From contig JAVZLK010000020.1 of NCBI GenBank assembly GCA_038883795.1, positions 1-26,788 of the forward strand: a DNA stretch of 26,788 bases, in the 5' to 3' direction. Positions 6,402 through 16,150 of the stretch are shown piece by piece; within the stretch, counting starts at the first letter, position 1, and every line of letters begins with the position of its first letter. This DNA is from Candidatus Bathyarchaeia archaeon (GTDB lineage Archaea; Thermoproteota; Bathyarchaeia; Bathyarchaeales; Bathycorpusculaceae). The notes beneath the pieces are model-generated. The model had not been told where the DNA came from, made no database searches, and worked only from the letters and a program-made list of their open reading frames with translations. A program made the position numbers and the translations under genes.

Positions 6402-8579
6402 TTATGTTATAGGATGGCTTTTAAATTTTTGCATATCCTCTACTAAGATTATTCCCTCTTTTGGCGGTATGTTTATGGTTAAGGTTCCATTGGAGGGTTG
6501 AAAAATTGTGCCACTTAAAGCTTCTACAAGGGGATTGTTGCTGTCAATCTTAATTACCTTTGCACCTGCATAGTTATTTATGCAGACAATAGCTTGATTA
6601 TTTTCACTTTTTCTTTTAAAAATGTATACATGTTCTTTTGCTTCCTTCAAAACAACCTCCATTCTTCCGGTTACAAGCGCAGAATGCTCTTTTCTAATTT
6701 TTATCAACTTCTTGATATAGTCAAATAGTTCTAAATTCCACTTTTCACTGTTCCATTCCATTGTTCTTCTGCAATCCGGATCGTTTCCTCCTTGAAGACC
6801 TATTTCGTCGCCATAATAAATTGCTGGAGCGCCTGGCAAAGTCATTTGCAGAAATATGGCTAACTTTGCCCTTCTCAAATCGCCACGGCAAAGCGTTAAA
6901 ATTCTAGGCGTGTCGTGGCTTCCAAGAAGGTTATACATAGAATAAACTGCTTTATGAGGCAATTTTCCCATAAGCTCCATAAGCCTTCTGTGAAATTCTT
7001 CAGCGCCTATGCTTTCAAAAACCACAAAGTCGAGAACTATACTTCTTAAAGGATAATTCATTACCGCATCAAATGTTTCATGTCCAACCCAAGCTGAGGG
7101 GTCAGGGTTGCCATTTCCGAATTCCCCAAGCAAGTATAAGTCTGACTTTATCTGTTTAAGTCTAGTTCTAAGTTCTTTCCAAAATTTGAAGGGAATCCCA
7201 AAGGCTACATCAAATCTCCAACCGTCAATATTATACTCACGAACCCAGAATTCTGCAACTTTCATGAAGTATTCAGCTGTTTCAGGGTTTAGTAGATTTA
7301 ATTTTGGCATGTTGGGCACGCCGGCAAAGGTTTCATAATTAGGTAAAAGTCGAAATCTTAACATATGCCAAAACTTTTTGGGAAGAGGAAACTTCAGCAA
7401 TATTTTAAGCAATTGCTTTCTCTTGACTGGAAACTTTCTTATGAAATACCAACTGGTGTATTTGGATTTTTCTTGGTTTTTCAGTACGTCCTCAAAAGCC
7501 CAAAATCTGTCTGAAGTGTGATGGAAGACAGCATCGAGGATAACCCTTATTCCTCTTTTATGTGCTTCTTCCACCAAAGTTTTTAATTTTTCATTATCGC
7601 CGAAATGCGGGTCTACATTAAAGTAATCGTAAATGTCGTATTTGTGGTTTGAAATCGAGCCGAAGATAGGCGTTAAATAGATTGCATTAACACCCAAGCT
7701 TTCGATATAGTCAAGTTTTTGAATTATCCCTTCTAGATCTCCTCCGAAAAAATTATTTCGTTTAGGTTTGTCGCCCCACTTAGCAATTTTAGGTGGATCG
7801 CTCTTTTTATCGCCATTAAAAAATCTATCTGGAAATATTTGGTAAAACACTGCACCTTTAACCCATTCTGGAACTTGAAAAGTGTTCACATGCGCCTTTG
7901 TCAAGACAAATTCTTGCACATCCTCTTTGTTGCGAGAAGCGCCTGAAACAGAAAAGTACGCTGTGACACTTCCATCTTTCACCTCGAAAAAATACCTTAA
8001 GGGATACTGTTTGATCTGCACCAAACATTCAAAATATTCAAAATATTTGTCCTCCCATGCCTTTGTCATCTTCAGCTTTCTTTCAGATTTTTCCTGTTCC
8101 CTTACAATTAAGGTTACGTTACTTACATCGTCTTTTTTCGTTCTAAACCTTAAATGTGCATATTCTTGGTCAACGTCTAAATATCTGGGTGTTTGGTCAT
8201 GGTAAAGCGCTCTCAAAAATATTTTATCATCCATTTTGGCTGTAAGAGTCTCTAACATTTCCTTATCTACTTCAAAGAAAGAGCAGTCCATGCCATAGGG
8301 ATTTTTTGCCTTCTTGGGGTTGTCCGAGTCAATAAGCCAATGGTAACCGTCAACAATGAAGGCGTAGCGATACTCTCCCTCGTAAAGAGGAATAGTAAAT
8401 TTCCATCTTTCTCCCTCATTTTGCATTGGTTGAGCGCCTGGAAACCAGCAGCAAAAATCATCTACGACGTAAACGTTTTTCGCTTGCGAATAGCCATTTA
8501 ATGTAAGTTCTACTAGATGTTTTCTTGATTTAAATTTGGGATCGAATGCTTGCCCTAAATCCTTTATCATATTACTCAC
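6402..8579 (-). CDS. Cytoplasmic GH13 neopullulanase/cyclomaltodextrinase (maltogenic amylase type) with N-terminal CBM48-like and N domains (start GTG 8579 or ATG 8570)
   Basis: FYQIFPDRF, GGDLEG, SNHKYD, LDAVFHH, MPKLN, catalytic DGWRFDVA, LGE and LGSHDT, YYGDEIG..DPDCRR; no signal peptide. Confidence 0.9.
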   Translation of the reverse strand: MSNMIKDLGQAFDPKFKSRKHLVELTLNGYSQAKNVYVVDDFCCWFPGAQPMQNEGERWKFTIPLYEGEYRYAFIVDGYHWLIDSDNPKKAKNPYGMDCSFFEVDKEMLETLTAKMDDKIFLRALYHDQTPRYLDVDQEYAHLRFRTKKDDVSNVTLIVREQEKSERKLKMTKAWEDKYFEYFECLVQIKQYPLRYFFEVKDGSVTAYFSVSGASRNKEDVQEFVLTKAHVNTFQVPEWVKGAVFYQIFPDRFFNGDKKSDPPKIAKWGDKPKRNNFFGGDLEGIIQKLDYIESLGVNAIYLTPIFGSISNHKYDIYDYFNVDPHFGDNEKLKTLVEEAHKRGIRVILDAVFHHTSDRFWAFEDVLKNQEKSKYTSWYFIRKFPVKRKQLLKILLKFPLPKKFWHMLRFRLLPNYETFAGVPNMPKLNLLNPETAEYFMKVAEFWVREYNIDGWRFDVAFGIPFKFWKELRTRLKQIKSDLYLLGEFGNGNPDPSAWVGHETFDAVMNYPLRSIVLDFVVFESIGAEEFHRRLMELMGKLPHKAVYSMYNLLGSHDTPRILTLCRGDLRRAKLAIFLQMTLPGAPAIYYGDEIGLQGGNDPDCRRTMEWNSEKWNLELFDYIKKLIKIRKEHSALVTGRMEVVLKEAKEHVYIFKRKSENNQAIVCINNYAGAKVIKIDSNNPLVEALSGTIFQPSNGTLTINIPPKEGIILVEDMQKFKSHPIT

Positions 8580-8603
8580 TAAAAAAGGAGAAGCTTGTGT
8601 ATG

Positions 8604-11600
8604 TTATTTTTTCTTTCTTTTTCTAAGCCACACTGTGATAGATAAGATAGCTATGACCAATATCACCACGACTACTGCAATTATTAACTCTATGGGTATC
8701 GCAGGAGGCTGTGAAGGCGGTGGTCCAGCTTCAGCTCCAACAGCATAAACTGTAGCATACTTCGTTTCACTAATCGAATAAGACTTAAGGATATCTGTTT
8801 GATTCTTGCCTTGAGGTGCGAGAAGATCATAAACATATGGTTGAACGCCGGCGACGACGGCTTCAGCTTCGGCTCCGCCTCCAAGATAAGCCTGAGCTGT
8901 TACACCTATCTCCCGAATCTTGTTTGCGGCGTATCCATCCCAACTGAGGACTAAAACAACATATTTCCAAGTTTCATTGACTTCTCCAATTATGTTCATT
9001 GGAACTTTAGCCACAACAGTGTCTTCCCCTTCAGGTTCGATTGTCATGACCTCTGTTAACTCTGTGCCGTTGGCAAATGTTACTATGTTGCTTCCAGACC
9101 AGCCTGGACCTATGCGTAAGGCTATCTCCCATGCATCAGCAGCTGATACGTTGACTCTTGCTCCGAAGGTGTCTGTTTTTCCGGAACCACTAACACCATC
9201 AGTATCGATGTATACATGTACGTATTGTAGTGAGAAACCGTAGGGGCCGTTCCATGGGTTGCCACCTAGAACTTTGAATTGGAACTTAAACATGTCATTT
9301 GCATCCAGTTTGCTTACAGTAAAGTTAAGCAAATCAAAGCATCCGTCAACAAACTCGGAACTTGTTGGGTAGGTGTAGGTTCCAGGACCATAATCGTCGC
9401 CCTCTGGGTCTGGATATTGGAATATGATTTCACCCCACACAGGTGGGCTTGCCACTTGAAGATACACTGGCGTATCGTATTTTGAAGACATGTCGATTAG
9501 GGTCTGGTTTTCTGCCACAACTACAGCCAAATAAGCTGGATCTTTTCCTTGAAGGGTTAGGTTTGCGAAGGGAATCGCCATTTCGAGGGTCTCATTTACT
9601 GCAATCATAGTGAGTTCACCTATTGTTGTAAAATTGCCTTTTCCATCCGCTATTGACAACTTTAACCTCTGGTTGGTTGGAGTAATTTCGTTAAACCATA
9701 CGCCAGTTTCTGTGTAAATGGCGAATCCAAGCGTTTCGTTACGCAAGGTCTGGTATCTTGCCCAAACGTTATATTCAAGCTTGTAGGGACTGTAGCTTAT
9801 TCTTGGGCTTGAAGTATATACGCCTATAAAAATTTCTTTACCAAACTGCTCTGTTAGATTTATGCTGGCTTGTGGTATAATTGCCAAATACAAGTTTTCA
9901 TAATCCATGCTTATCACCACTTTATCTATCCAAGTTCCGTTTACTGAAAGTGTGAAGTTTCCCTTCCACTCTAAAGCTTCAATTATCCCGTCGATTGTAG
10001 GTGTTGCCAAGGATGGTTTCGCTTCTATTACCGTTCTTGGCTCTCCATCAGGATAGAACTTTGCATCTAAATAATCGGGAGGTGTTTGCCCAATAAGTTC
10101 GTAGATTCTTTTCAGATAAATCTTGAAAATGGGGTCAAAGGTTTCCGGGCTTCCCATGTCATGGCCGTACCAGAAGCACCAGTCTGATGCTTCTGCACGA
10201 TATAGGGCGTCCATGGCTTCTGTTGAGTTCCATCCAGGGTTGGCGTCGATATATGTGGTTAGGTTTTCTCTGGCAGCCTTTAACCACATGTGGGCTACGT
10301 TTTCTTGTTTGTCTCCTATCCAAATTCTTAAGCGCATGTCCTTTCCTGACCATGAGCTTTCTGGTAATTTTTGGCTCTGGGTTATGAAGGGCAGGTGTTC
10401 GTATCTGGTTATGTTGGATATGTCTAGAGTCGCTAAGTTAAGGACTTCTTGGGTGGTTGTAGGCACAACCTTGTCTATGGTGTATGTTGCAAAATATTCA
10501 TGGGGTGTTATGGTTCTTATTTTGCCTTCGCTTTGAAGCTGGGTCAAGTTGGCATAAAGAGCGTGTAGAAAATCATCTCCGTTGTTAATGTAGCCCTCCC
10601 ATGGGTTTTCGCCATCAAGAGCGATGGTAAGAACCATTTTGCCATCGGTGTTATACTGTCCGATTGTGAGTATTCTGTTTACAAAGTCATCTATGGCTTC
10701 GCTTGTTGTTTTACTGGCATATCTGAAGCCTATGGAATCCGAGAGGTCCGTGTCTCTAAAGAGAATATTTATGTTGGGAGTTACGCCAACCTTGTAGCCA
10801 GCATACAATTCTCTTGGGTCGCTGATGTTTACGCCTGCCAACTCCAAAACGTTCTGATCTGTTGCAGTCCACAAGATTCCGTTTTCAGCCATAATCCTTA
10901 CAGCTTCCTCATTCACAGCCATTTCGGGAGCCCACATTCCAGCGGGAGTCTTATTAAAGTAGGTTTCGTAGAGTTCTATGCCCTTCTTGATTTGTGCATC
11001 TAGATCGTCTTGCCAACCGAAGTCTGCAAGTAAGGGCATGATTGGATGCGTATATGGTGATGGTATTATTTCCGTCTGATTTGCATCTTGTAATCCTTTG
11101 TGGGCTGGTATAACCATAGCCATTATTTCCTTATGTTTTTCCAAAACATATGCAAGCTCATCCCTTGTAAAAACCGGATTTGCTGTATCCGCACGGTTTG
11201 TCATGTTGGCAAGAGTTGAGTCAGCGCTTCTGATTTCTGGGTCTATCCACAGCAGATTAAACAACGTTGCCAAATCGATATAATCTTGGTCTGTGAAGCT
11301 TTCAACGATGGCCTTTTTCATCTGGTCTAACGGCAAATTTCTATAGTATTTAAAGAGGTTGTCTCTTTTTGTTTTAAGTTTGCTATACCTTGTAAACTCG
11401 GACACTATTCTATTCCAGTTTATGTCGAAGAAACCTCCAGGGATTTTGAGCATGAAGAATTTCTCGTCCACGGTCAAGCTTTCATTATTTGCAATTTTTT
11501 CGGATATTCCCTTATGAGTATCTGTTGCGTTATTTATCACATAATCATTTAACTGCATTAACAAAGAGCCAGTAAATGTAAACGTCACCTTGATTTGAGG

Positions 11601-11828
11601 ATAATTGGACACTATTCGCGCCATTTTATAATAATTGGATACAGAATGCATCCGAACCCATGGCAGCACATAAACTCCTTGCGAGGGATCAAAGTAAAAC
11701 GGTTGGTGGAAATGCCAAATTATAACAAGGTTTAATGGTTGCTGGGGCTCAGGAGAGGCTAGGTGAAAATACTCAAACATGTTAAACATCAGAATCGCTG
11801 AAAGTATTATAAAAGCTAGTTTTTTCAT
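8604..11828 (-). CDS. apu: Membrane-anchored extracellular GH57 amylopullulanase with DOMON-like C-terminal domain; start re-called to ATG 11828
   Basis: Signal peptide MKKLAFIILSAIL; WHFHQP, PWVRMH, HPIMPL, WAPE (nucleophile), LDGENPWE (acid/base), AEASDWCFW; Pro-rich linker, TM helix and RKRKKK tail; GAGGGA upstream of the start. Confidence 0.92.
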   Translation of the reverse strand: MKKLAFIILSAILMFNMFEYFHLASPEPQQPLNLVIIWHFHQPFYFDPSQGVYVLPWVRMHSVSNYYKMARIVSNYPQIKVTFTFTGSLLMQLNDYVINNATDTHKGISEKIANNESLTVDEKFFMLKIPGGFFDINWNRIVSEFTRYSKLKTKRDNLFKYYRNLPLDQMKKAIVESFTDQDYIDLATLFNLLWIDPEIRSADSTLANMTNRADTANPVFTRDELAYVLEKHKEIMAMVIPAHKGLQDANQTEIIPSPYTHPIMPLLADFGWQDDLDAQIKKGIELYETYFNKTPAGMWAPEMAVNEEAVRIMAENGILWTATDQNVLELAGVNISDPRELYAGYKVGVTPNINILFRDTDLSDSIGFRYASKTTSEAIDDFVNRILTIGQYNTDGKMVLTIALDGENPWEGYINNGDDFLHALYANLTQLQSEGKIRTITPHEYFATYTIDKVVPTTTQEVLNLATLDISNITRYEHLPFITQSQKLPESSWSGKDMRLRIWIGDKQENVAHMWLKAARENLTTYIDANPGWNSTEAMDALYRAEASDWCFWYGHDMGSPETFDPIFKIYLKRIYELIGQTPPDYLDAKFYPDGEPRTVIEAKPSLATPTIDGIIEALEWKGNFTLSVNGTWIDKVVISMDYENLYLAIIPQASINLTEQFGKEIFIGVYTSSPRISYSPYKLEYNVWARYQTLRNETLGFAIYTETGVWFNEITPTNQRLKLSIADGKGNFTTIGELTMIAVNETLEMAIPFANLTLQGKDPAYLAVVVAENQTLIDMSSKYDTPVYLQVASPPVWGEIIFQYPDPEGDDYGPGTYTYPTSSEFVDGCFDLLNFTVSKLDANDMFKFQFKVLGGNPWNGPYGFSLQYVHVYIDTDGVSGSGKTDTFGARVNVSAADAWEIALRIGPGWSGSNIVTFANGTELTEVMTIEPEGEDTVVAKVPMNIIGEVNETWKYVVLVLSWDGYAANKIREIGVTAQAYLGGGAEAEAVVAGVQPYVYDLLAPQGKNQTDILKSYSISETKYATVYAVGAEAGPPPSQPPAIPIELIIAVVVVILVIAILSITVWLRKRKKK

Positions 11829-11952
11829 GTTTTTCCCTCTGCTTACATGATATATCATCGGTTATCTTAAAATTGTTTCCCTTCTGAGATACGTCAATAA
11901 GAAACACATAAAAACTTATTACTAGATAGTTAGAGATTGACGGTGAGATGGA
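11829..11952. promoter_or_regulatory. Divergent promoter region between apu and malE with palindrome ATGATATATCAT
   Basis: TATA-like TTTTAAGATA (minus, 11863-11872) and AAAAACTTATTA (plus, 11910-11921); 12-bp perfect palindrome at 11847-11858. Confidence 0.55.
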
Positions 11953-13191
11953 TTGCCTCTAACTCGAAACTTAAAAATTGCCATAATAATTGCTATAATT
12001 GTTGTGGCTGGAGTTGCAGCTTATCTTCTATGGCCAAAAAGCACCCGAGCTGATGTTATTGTTTGGATTCAAGTTCTCCCTGAAGAGGAGCAATTCATAA
12101 AATCCTTTGTTGACTCATCTTTTAGGCAGATATACCCAAACATCACTGTGGAAGTCAAAAATAGACCAGACTTAAAAACCGCACTTTTAGCGGCTTTACC
12201 GACTGGTACTGGTCCAGACCTTTTTATGTGGGCTCATGATTGGGTTGGAACAATAGCAGAACCAGGATACATAACGTCCATAGACGAATTTGTTACCGAT
12301 GAGTTAAAGTCTAAATTCTTAGAGGCTGCATGGGACGCTTGCATCTATAATGGTTCGGTATATGCTCTACCTTATGCCGCCGAAACGGTGGCGCTAATAT
12401 ATAATAAAGATATGGTTTCTGAACCTCCTCAAAATATGAGTCAACTTGAAGATATGATTATAAGTTTTTTTAATCAAGGCAAATATGGAATAGCATATCC
12501 AGTTGACCAATACTATGTTTCCGCATGGCCCCATGCTTTCGGCGGATTCTATTTCAACGATACAACTAAAACTCCAGGGTTAAACACTACTGGGACAATC
12601 AATGGAATATTGTATTTCTTAGAGAAGTTTCAGCCTTATATGTCAGCAGATACTGGTCGAGATGCACAGGTTGCCCTTTTCACCAGCAACATGACCCCGT
12701 TTCTCATAGATGGGCCTTGGGGAATAGGCCACCTTAAAGAGAAGAACATGAATTTTGGAATTACAACCTTACCGAAGATAGATGAGATAGATGCATGGCC
12801 GAAGCCCTACACAGGAATCAAGGTTATTTGGATGTCAAGTTCAGTGTATGACAAACAAAAAGCGTTCACTTTTATGAAATGGTTTGCCACAAACTCTACA
12901 TTCATAAAACAAAGGGCTCTACAATTTGGTTTCATCCCAGTTCTCAAAGAAGTTCTCGAATTACCTGAGATTCAAGGAGATGAGATAGTGTCAACTTTTG
13001 CAAGACAAGTTGAGATGGGCATACCCATGCCTAAGAGCATTGAGATGACTTTTGTTTGGGCTCCCTTGTTAGATGCAATTAACGAGCTATTCTTGTTATA
13101 TCCAAACTTCCCTCCGGATAGAACTCCAGAAATTGTGTTAAGCGAGGCGCAAGGAGAGGTGCTTAGCGCCTTAGCTGAATATCAGGGTTAA
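11953..13191 (+). CDS. malE: Maltose/maltodextrin ABC transporter substrate-binding protein
   Basis: N-terminal TM anchor, GPDLFMWAHDWVG, YALPYAAETVALIYNKD, IDGPW, PMPK. Confidence 0.9.
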   Translation: MPLTRNLKIAIIIAIIVVAGVAAYLLWPKSTRADVIVWIQVLPEEEQFIKSFVDSSFRQIYPNITVEVKNRPDLKTALLAALPTGTGPDLFMWAHDWVGTIAEPGYITSIDEFVTDELKSKFLEAAWDACIYNGSVYALPYAAETVALIYNKDMVSEPPQNMSQLEDMIISFFNQGKYGIAYPVDQYYVSAWPHAFGGFYFNDTTKTPGLNTTGTINGILYFLEKFQPYMSADTGRDAQVALFTSNMTPFLIDGPWGIGHLKEKNMNFGITTLPKIDEIDAWPKPYTGIKVIWMSSSVYDKQKAFTFMKWFATNSTFIKQRALQFGFIPVLKEVLELPEIQGDEIVSTFARQVEMGIPMPKSIEMTFVWAPLLDAINELFLLYPNFPPDRTPEIVLSEAQGEVLSALAEYQG

Positions 13192-13196
13192 GAACG

Positions 13197-14126
13197 ATGG
13201 AAAACAAACAAGCTGAAAAAAAAGCCAAAGTTCGGGGTGTCTGGAAGACCAATAAGGCATATTTGTTTATAATTCCTGGAATGCTCGTTTTCTTTGCCCT
13301 CAATTTGTATCCCATCGTATTTTCTATTTATTTGGGTTTCACGGATGCATATTTTGGCAATATCGCTGGGAAATACCAGTTCATTGGTTTGAGAAACTTT
13401 GAAAAATTATTATTTAGCGGAGATACAAGATTCTATTACACGGTCGGAAGAACCTTCCTCTTTGTGGCCACAAGCGTCCCATTAAAAGTCTTATTTGGAC
13501 TAGTGCTGGCAATAATCTTTAACTTGCAAACTATAAAAGGTCGTGGCGTTTTAAGATCTCTTCTTATTCTCCCATGGACGCTGCCCGCAGTGTTATCAAT
13601 CTTAACTTGGAGGGGGCTGTTCTACTATGATTTTGGGGCAATAAATGGAATATTACAAGCGATAGGGCTTCCAAGGGTTAACTGGCTCAATGACACAACC
13701 AATGCCTTCATAGCTTACAACATTGTTGAAGTATGGCTTGCATATCCATTCATGATGACAGTAATCATAGCAGCCCTTCAAAGTGTACCCCTTGAACTTT
13801 ATGATTCAGCCCGAGTTGACGGAGCCTCCGCATGGCAAAGACTAAAATACATAACTATTCCACTAATATGGAGACCATTATTATTCGGGATAGTTCTAAC
13901 ATCAGGAGCATCCTTCCAAGCTTTCATGGTCCCATATCTGCTTAACTCTGGAGGACCAGCAAACCAAAATGAATTGATAATGGTTTGGGGTTACAAACAA
14001 GCATTTCAAAACCCTGGAATATATGGCTCCATGGGACTTGCCGCCGCCTTTTTTGTTTTGGTTTCACTTATAATTTTGGTTTTTTCATATGCTGGGTTAA
14101 AATTGGGTAAAATAACGGTGGAGTGA
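13197..14126 (+). CDS. malF: Carbohydrate ABC transporter permease (MalF-like)
   Basis: Multiple TM helices, FIGLRNF, EAA-type loop ELYDSARVDGA. Confidence 0.88.
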   Translation: MENKQAEKKAKVRGVWKTNKAYLFIIPGMLVFFALNLYPIVFSIYLGFTDAYFGNIAGKYQFIGLRNFEKLLFSGDTRFYYTVGRTFLFVATSVPLKVLFGLVLAIIFNLQTIKGRGVLRSLLILPWTLPAVLSILTWRGLFYYDFGAINGILQAIGLPRVNWLNDTTNAFIAYNIVEVWLAYPFMMTVIIAALQSVPLELYDSARVDGASAWQRLKYITIPLIWRPLLFGIVLTSGASFQAFMVPYLLNSGGPANQNELIMVWGYKQAFQNPGIYGSMGLAAAFFVLVSLIILVFSYAGLKLGKITVE

Positions 14127-14127
14127 A

Positions 14128-14979
14128 ATGAAAATAAGGATTAATAAGAAAATTTTAATGGTGTTCGCAACCTTTGTTGCAATATTAATAGTGGCGATAC
14201 TTATTTTTCCCATCTACGTTATTATAATCTCTTCTTTTAGCCCTAAAACAAGCGTTTTCCAACCCTTCGAGTTCATACCTCGTGAATTAACCTTTAAAGT
14301 TTACAGTGATGTTCTGTTTAGCCCCAAATCTCGTTTTATTCCACGACTTTTCAATAGCCTAATCGTTTCACTGTTGTCCCTTGCTATAACATTAACACTC
14401 GTCATACCTTCGGCTTATGCTTTTTCACGTTTCAAATTTGTTGGAAGAAACTCTCTTCTCTACGGTTATTTTGCCTTTAATCAGTTCGCTGGAGGTATGG
14501 GACTAGCTGGGCTTATAGCCCTTTATGCAATCCTCAATTACTTTAATCTCCTAAATTCCCTCTTAATACTTGCTTTAATTTATGCTTCTGGCGGAGTGCC
14601 CTTCAACACGTGGCTTTTAAAAACATATTTTGATACTATCCCAAAGGATTTTGATGAAGCTGCCCTGGTAGATGGCGCATCTTACTTAGACGTTATGTTT
14701 AAAGTTTTGTTACCCATAGCCAAACCTGGCATAGCTACAGTTGCAGTTTTCGCCTTTATGGGAAGCTGGAGCGAATTCATAATTGCGCAAACAATTCTTC
14801 TAAGCGATGAAAACTACACTCTTCCCCTTGAGCTTAACCAGCTTTTAGCAAGTCCAGCAACCAACTGGAATCTGTTTGCTGCCACATCTCTTCTTTACGC
14901 CATTCCAGTCATAATTATGTATATATTCGCTCAAAAGTATTTGCAGGCGGGACTGGCAATGGGAGGAGTTAAACGCTGA
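14128..14979 (+). CDS. malG: Carbohydrate ABC transporter permease (MalG-like)
   Basis: AYAFSRFKF, YFDTIPKDFDEAALVDGA, C-terminal QKYLQAGLAMGGVK. Confidence 0.88.
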   Translation: MKIRINKKILMVFATFVAILIVAILIFPIYVIIISSFSPKTSVFQPFEFIPRELTFKVYSDVLFSPKSRFIPRLFNSLIVSLLSLAITLTLVIPSAYAFSRFKFVGRNSLLYGYFAFNQFAGGMGLAGLIALYAILNYFNLLNSLLILALIYASGGVPFNTWLLKTYFDTIPKDFDEAALVDGASYLDVMFKVLLPIAKPGIATVAVFAFMGSWSEFIIAQTILLSDENYTLPLELNQLLASPATNWNLFAATSLLYAIPVIIMYIFAQKYLQAGLAMGGVKR

Positions 14980-15006
14980 ACACTCGCTCAAACATAAAGA
15001 GGTGGA

Positions 15007-16104
15007 ATGGTGGCAAGAATTCTGCTTAAAAACTTGACCAAACGCTTCGGAAACGTCGTAGCCGTAAACAATCTAAGTTTAGAAGTTAAAGACAAGGAAT
15101 TTTTAGTGCTACTTGGGCCTTCTGGTTGCGGAAAAACCACAGTGCTTCGTTGCATAGCAGGACTTGAAACACAAGACGAAGGAGAAATCTACGTTGGAGA
15201 AACACTAGTCAACGATTTGCCTCCAAAAGAACGTGATGTGGCTATGGTTTTCCAAAGCTACGCCCTTTATCCACACATGACAGCCTACGAAAACATAGCC
15301 TTCCCCTTAAAGGTTAAAGCTGTTGCAGCCTCAGAAATAGACCAGAGAGTCAAAAAAGTTGCCGATTTACTAAAAATCACCCATTTGTTAGATAGAAAAC
15401 CAAAGCAACTAAGCGGCGGAGAGGCGCAACGTGTTGCGTTAGGTAGAGCCCTAATACGCGAACCAAAAGCTTTCCTTATGGATGAGCCCTTAAGCAATTT
15501 AGACGCAAAACTGCGAATATACATGAGAGCTGAACTAAAAAAGCTTCAAAAGGACTTGGGAATAACAACAATTTATGTTACACACGACCAAGTTGAAGCC
15601 ATGACTATGGCAGACAGAGTCGCACTCCTTAATCAAGGCATACTTCAACAAGTGGGGTCACCAGAAGAATTATACCAACACCCAAGCAACCTTTTCACGG
15701 CAGGATTCATCGGAAGCCCACCAATGAACTTCATAGACTGCCATTTGACAAAAGAAGCTGAAAAAGTATATCTTGATGCAGGTATATTCAAACTGTCGCT
15801 TGAAGAGCATCTAGTTGAAATGTTTAAAGATAGAAATGCCGGCGAAGAGTTCGTGATTGGAATTAGGCCCGAAGATATAACCTTAGAGAGAAAAGAAAAA
15901 AGAGACGTCGTACAAGGCGAAATTTTTACTTTAGAACCACTAGGCGCTGAAGTAATTGCAGACATAAAGGTAGGTGAAACAATATTCAAAGTGAAAGAGA
16001 ACGCCATGTTTAAGGCAAAAGCGGGAGAAAAGGTCTGGCTCTCATTCGAAAAAGACAAAATCTACGTATTTGACAAGAAAACTGGAAAGGCATTATTCAG
16101 ATAA
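15007..16104 (+). CDS. malK: Sugar ABC transporter ATP-binding protein (MalK-like)
   Basis: Walker A GPSGCGKT, VFQSYALYPHM, LSGGEAQR, MDEPLSNLD, GFIGSPPMN, C-terminal OB domain; SD GAGGTG. Confidence 0.93.
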   Translation: MVARILLKNLTKRFGNVVAVNNLSLEVKDKEFLVLLGPSGCGKTTVLRCIAGLETQDEGEIYVGETLVNDLPPKERDVAMVFQSYALYPHMTAYENIAFPLKVKAVAASEIDQRVKKVADLLKITHLLDRKPKQLSGGEAQRVALGRALIREPKAFLMDEPLSNLDAKLRIYMRAELKKLQKDLGITTIYVTHDQVEAMTMADRVALLNQGILQQVGSPEELYQHPSNLFTAGFIGSPPMNFIDCHLTKEAEKVYLDAGIFKLSLEEHLVEMFKDRNAGEEFVIGIRPEDITLERKEKRDVVQGEIFTLEPLGAEVIADIKVGETIFKVKENAMFKAKAGEKVWLSFEKDKIYVFDKKTGKALFR

Positions 16105-16150
16105 AAGTAAAAAACTTAAAATCATAATAGAAAAGAGGAATTTGGCGAAC

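Noticed and set aside
16130-16148. GAAAAGAGGAATTTGGCG resembling GAAAAAGAGGGAATTTGCG at 1181-1199, as possible island-flanking repeats
   Set aside because: Needs several indels, is low complexity, and both read as T-rich terminator-like tracts on the minus strand.
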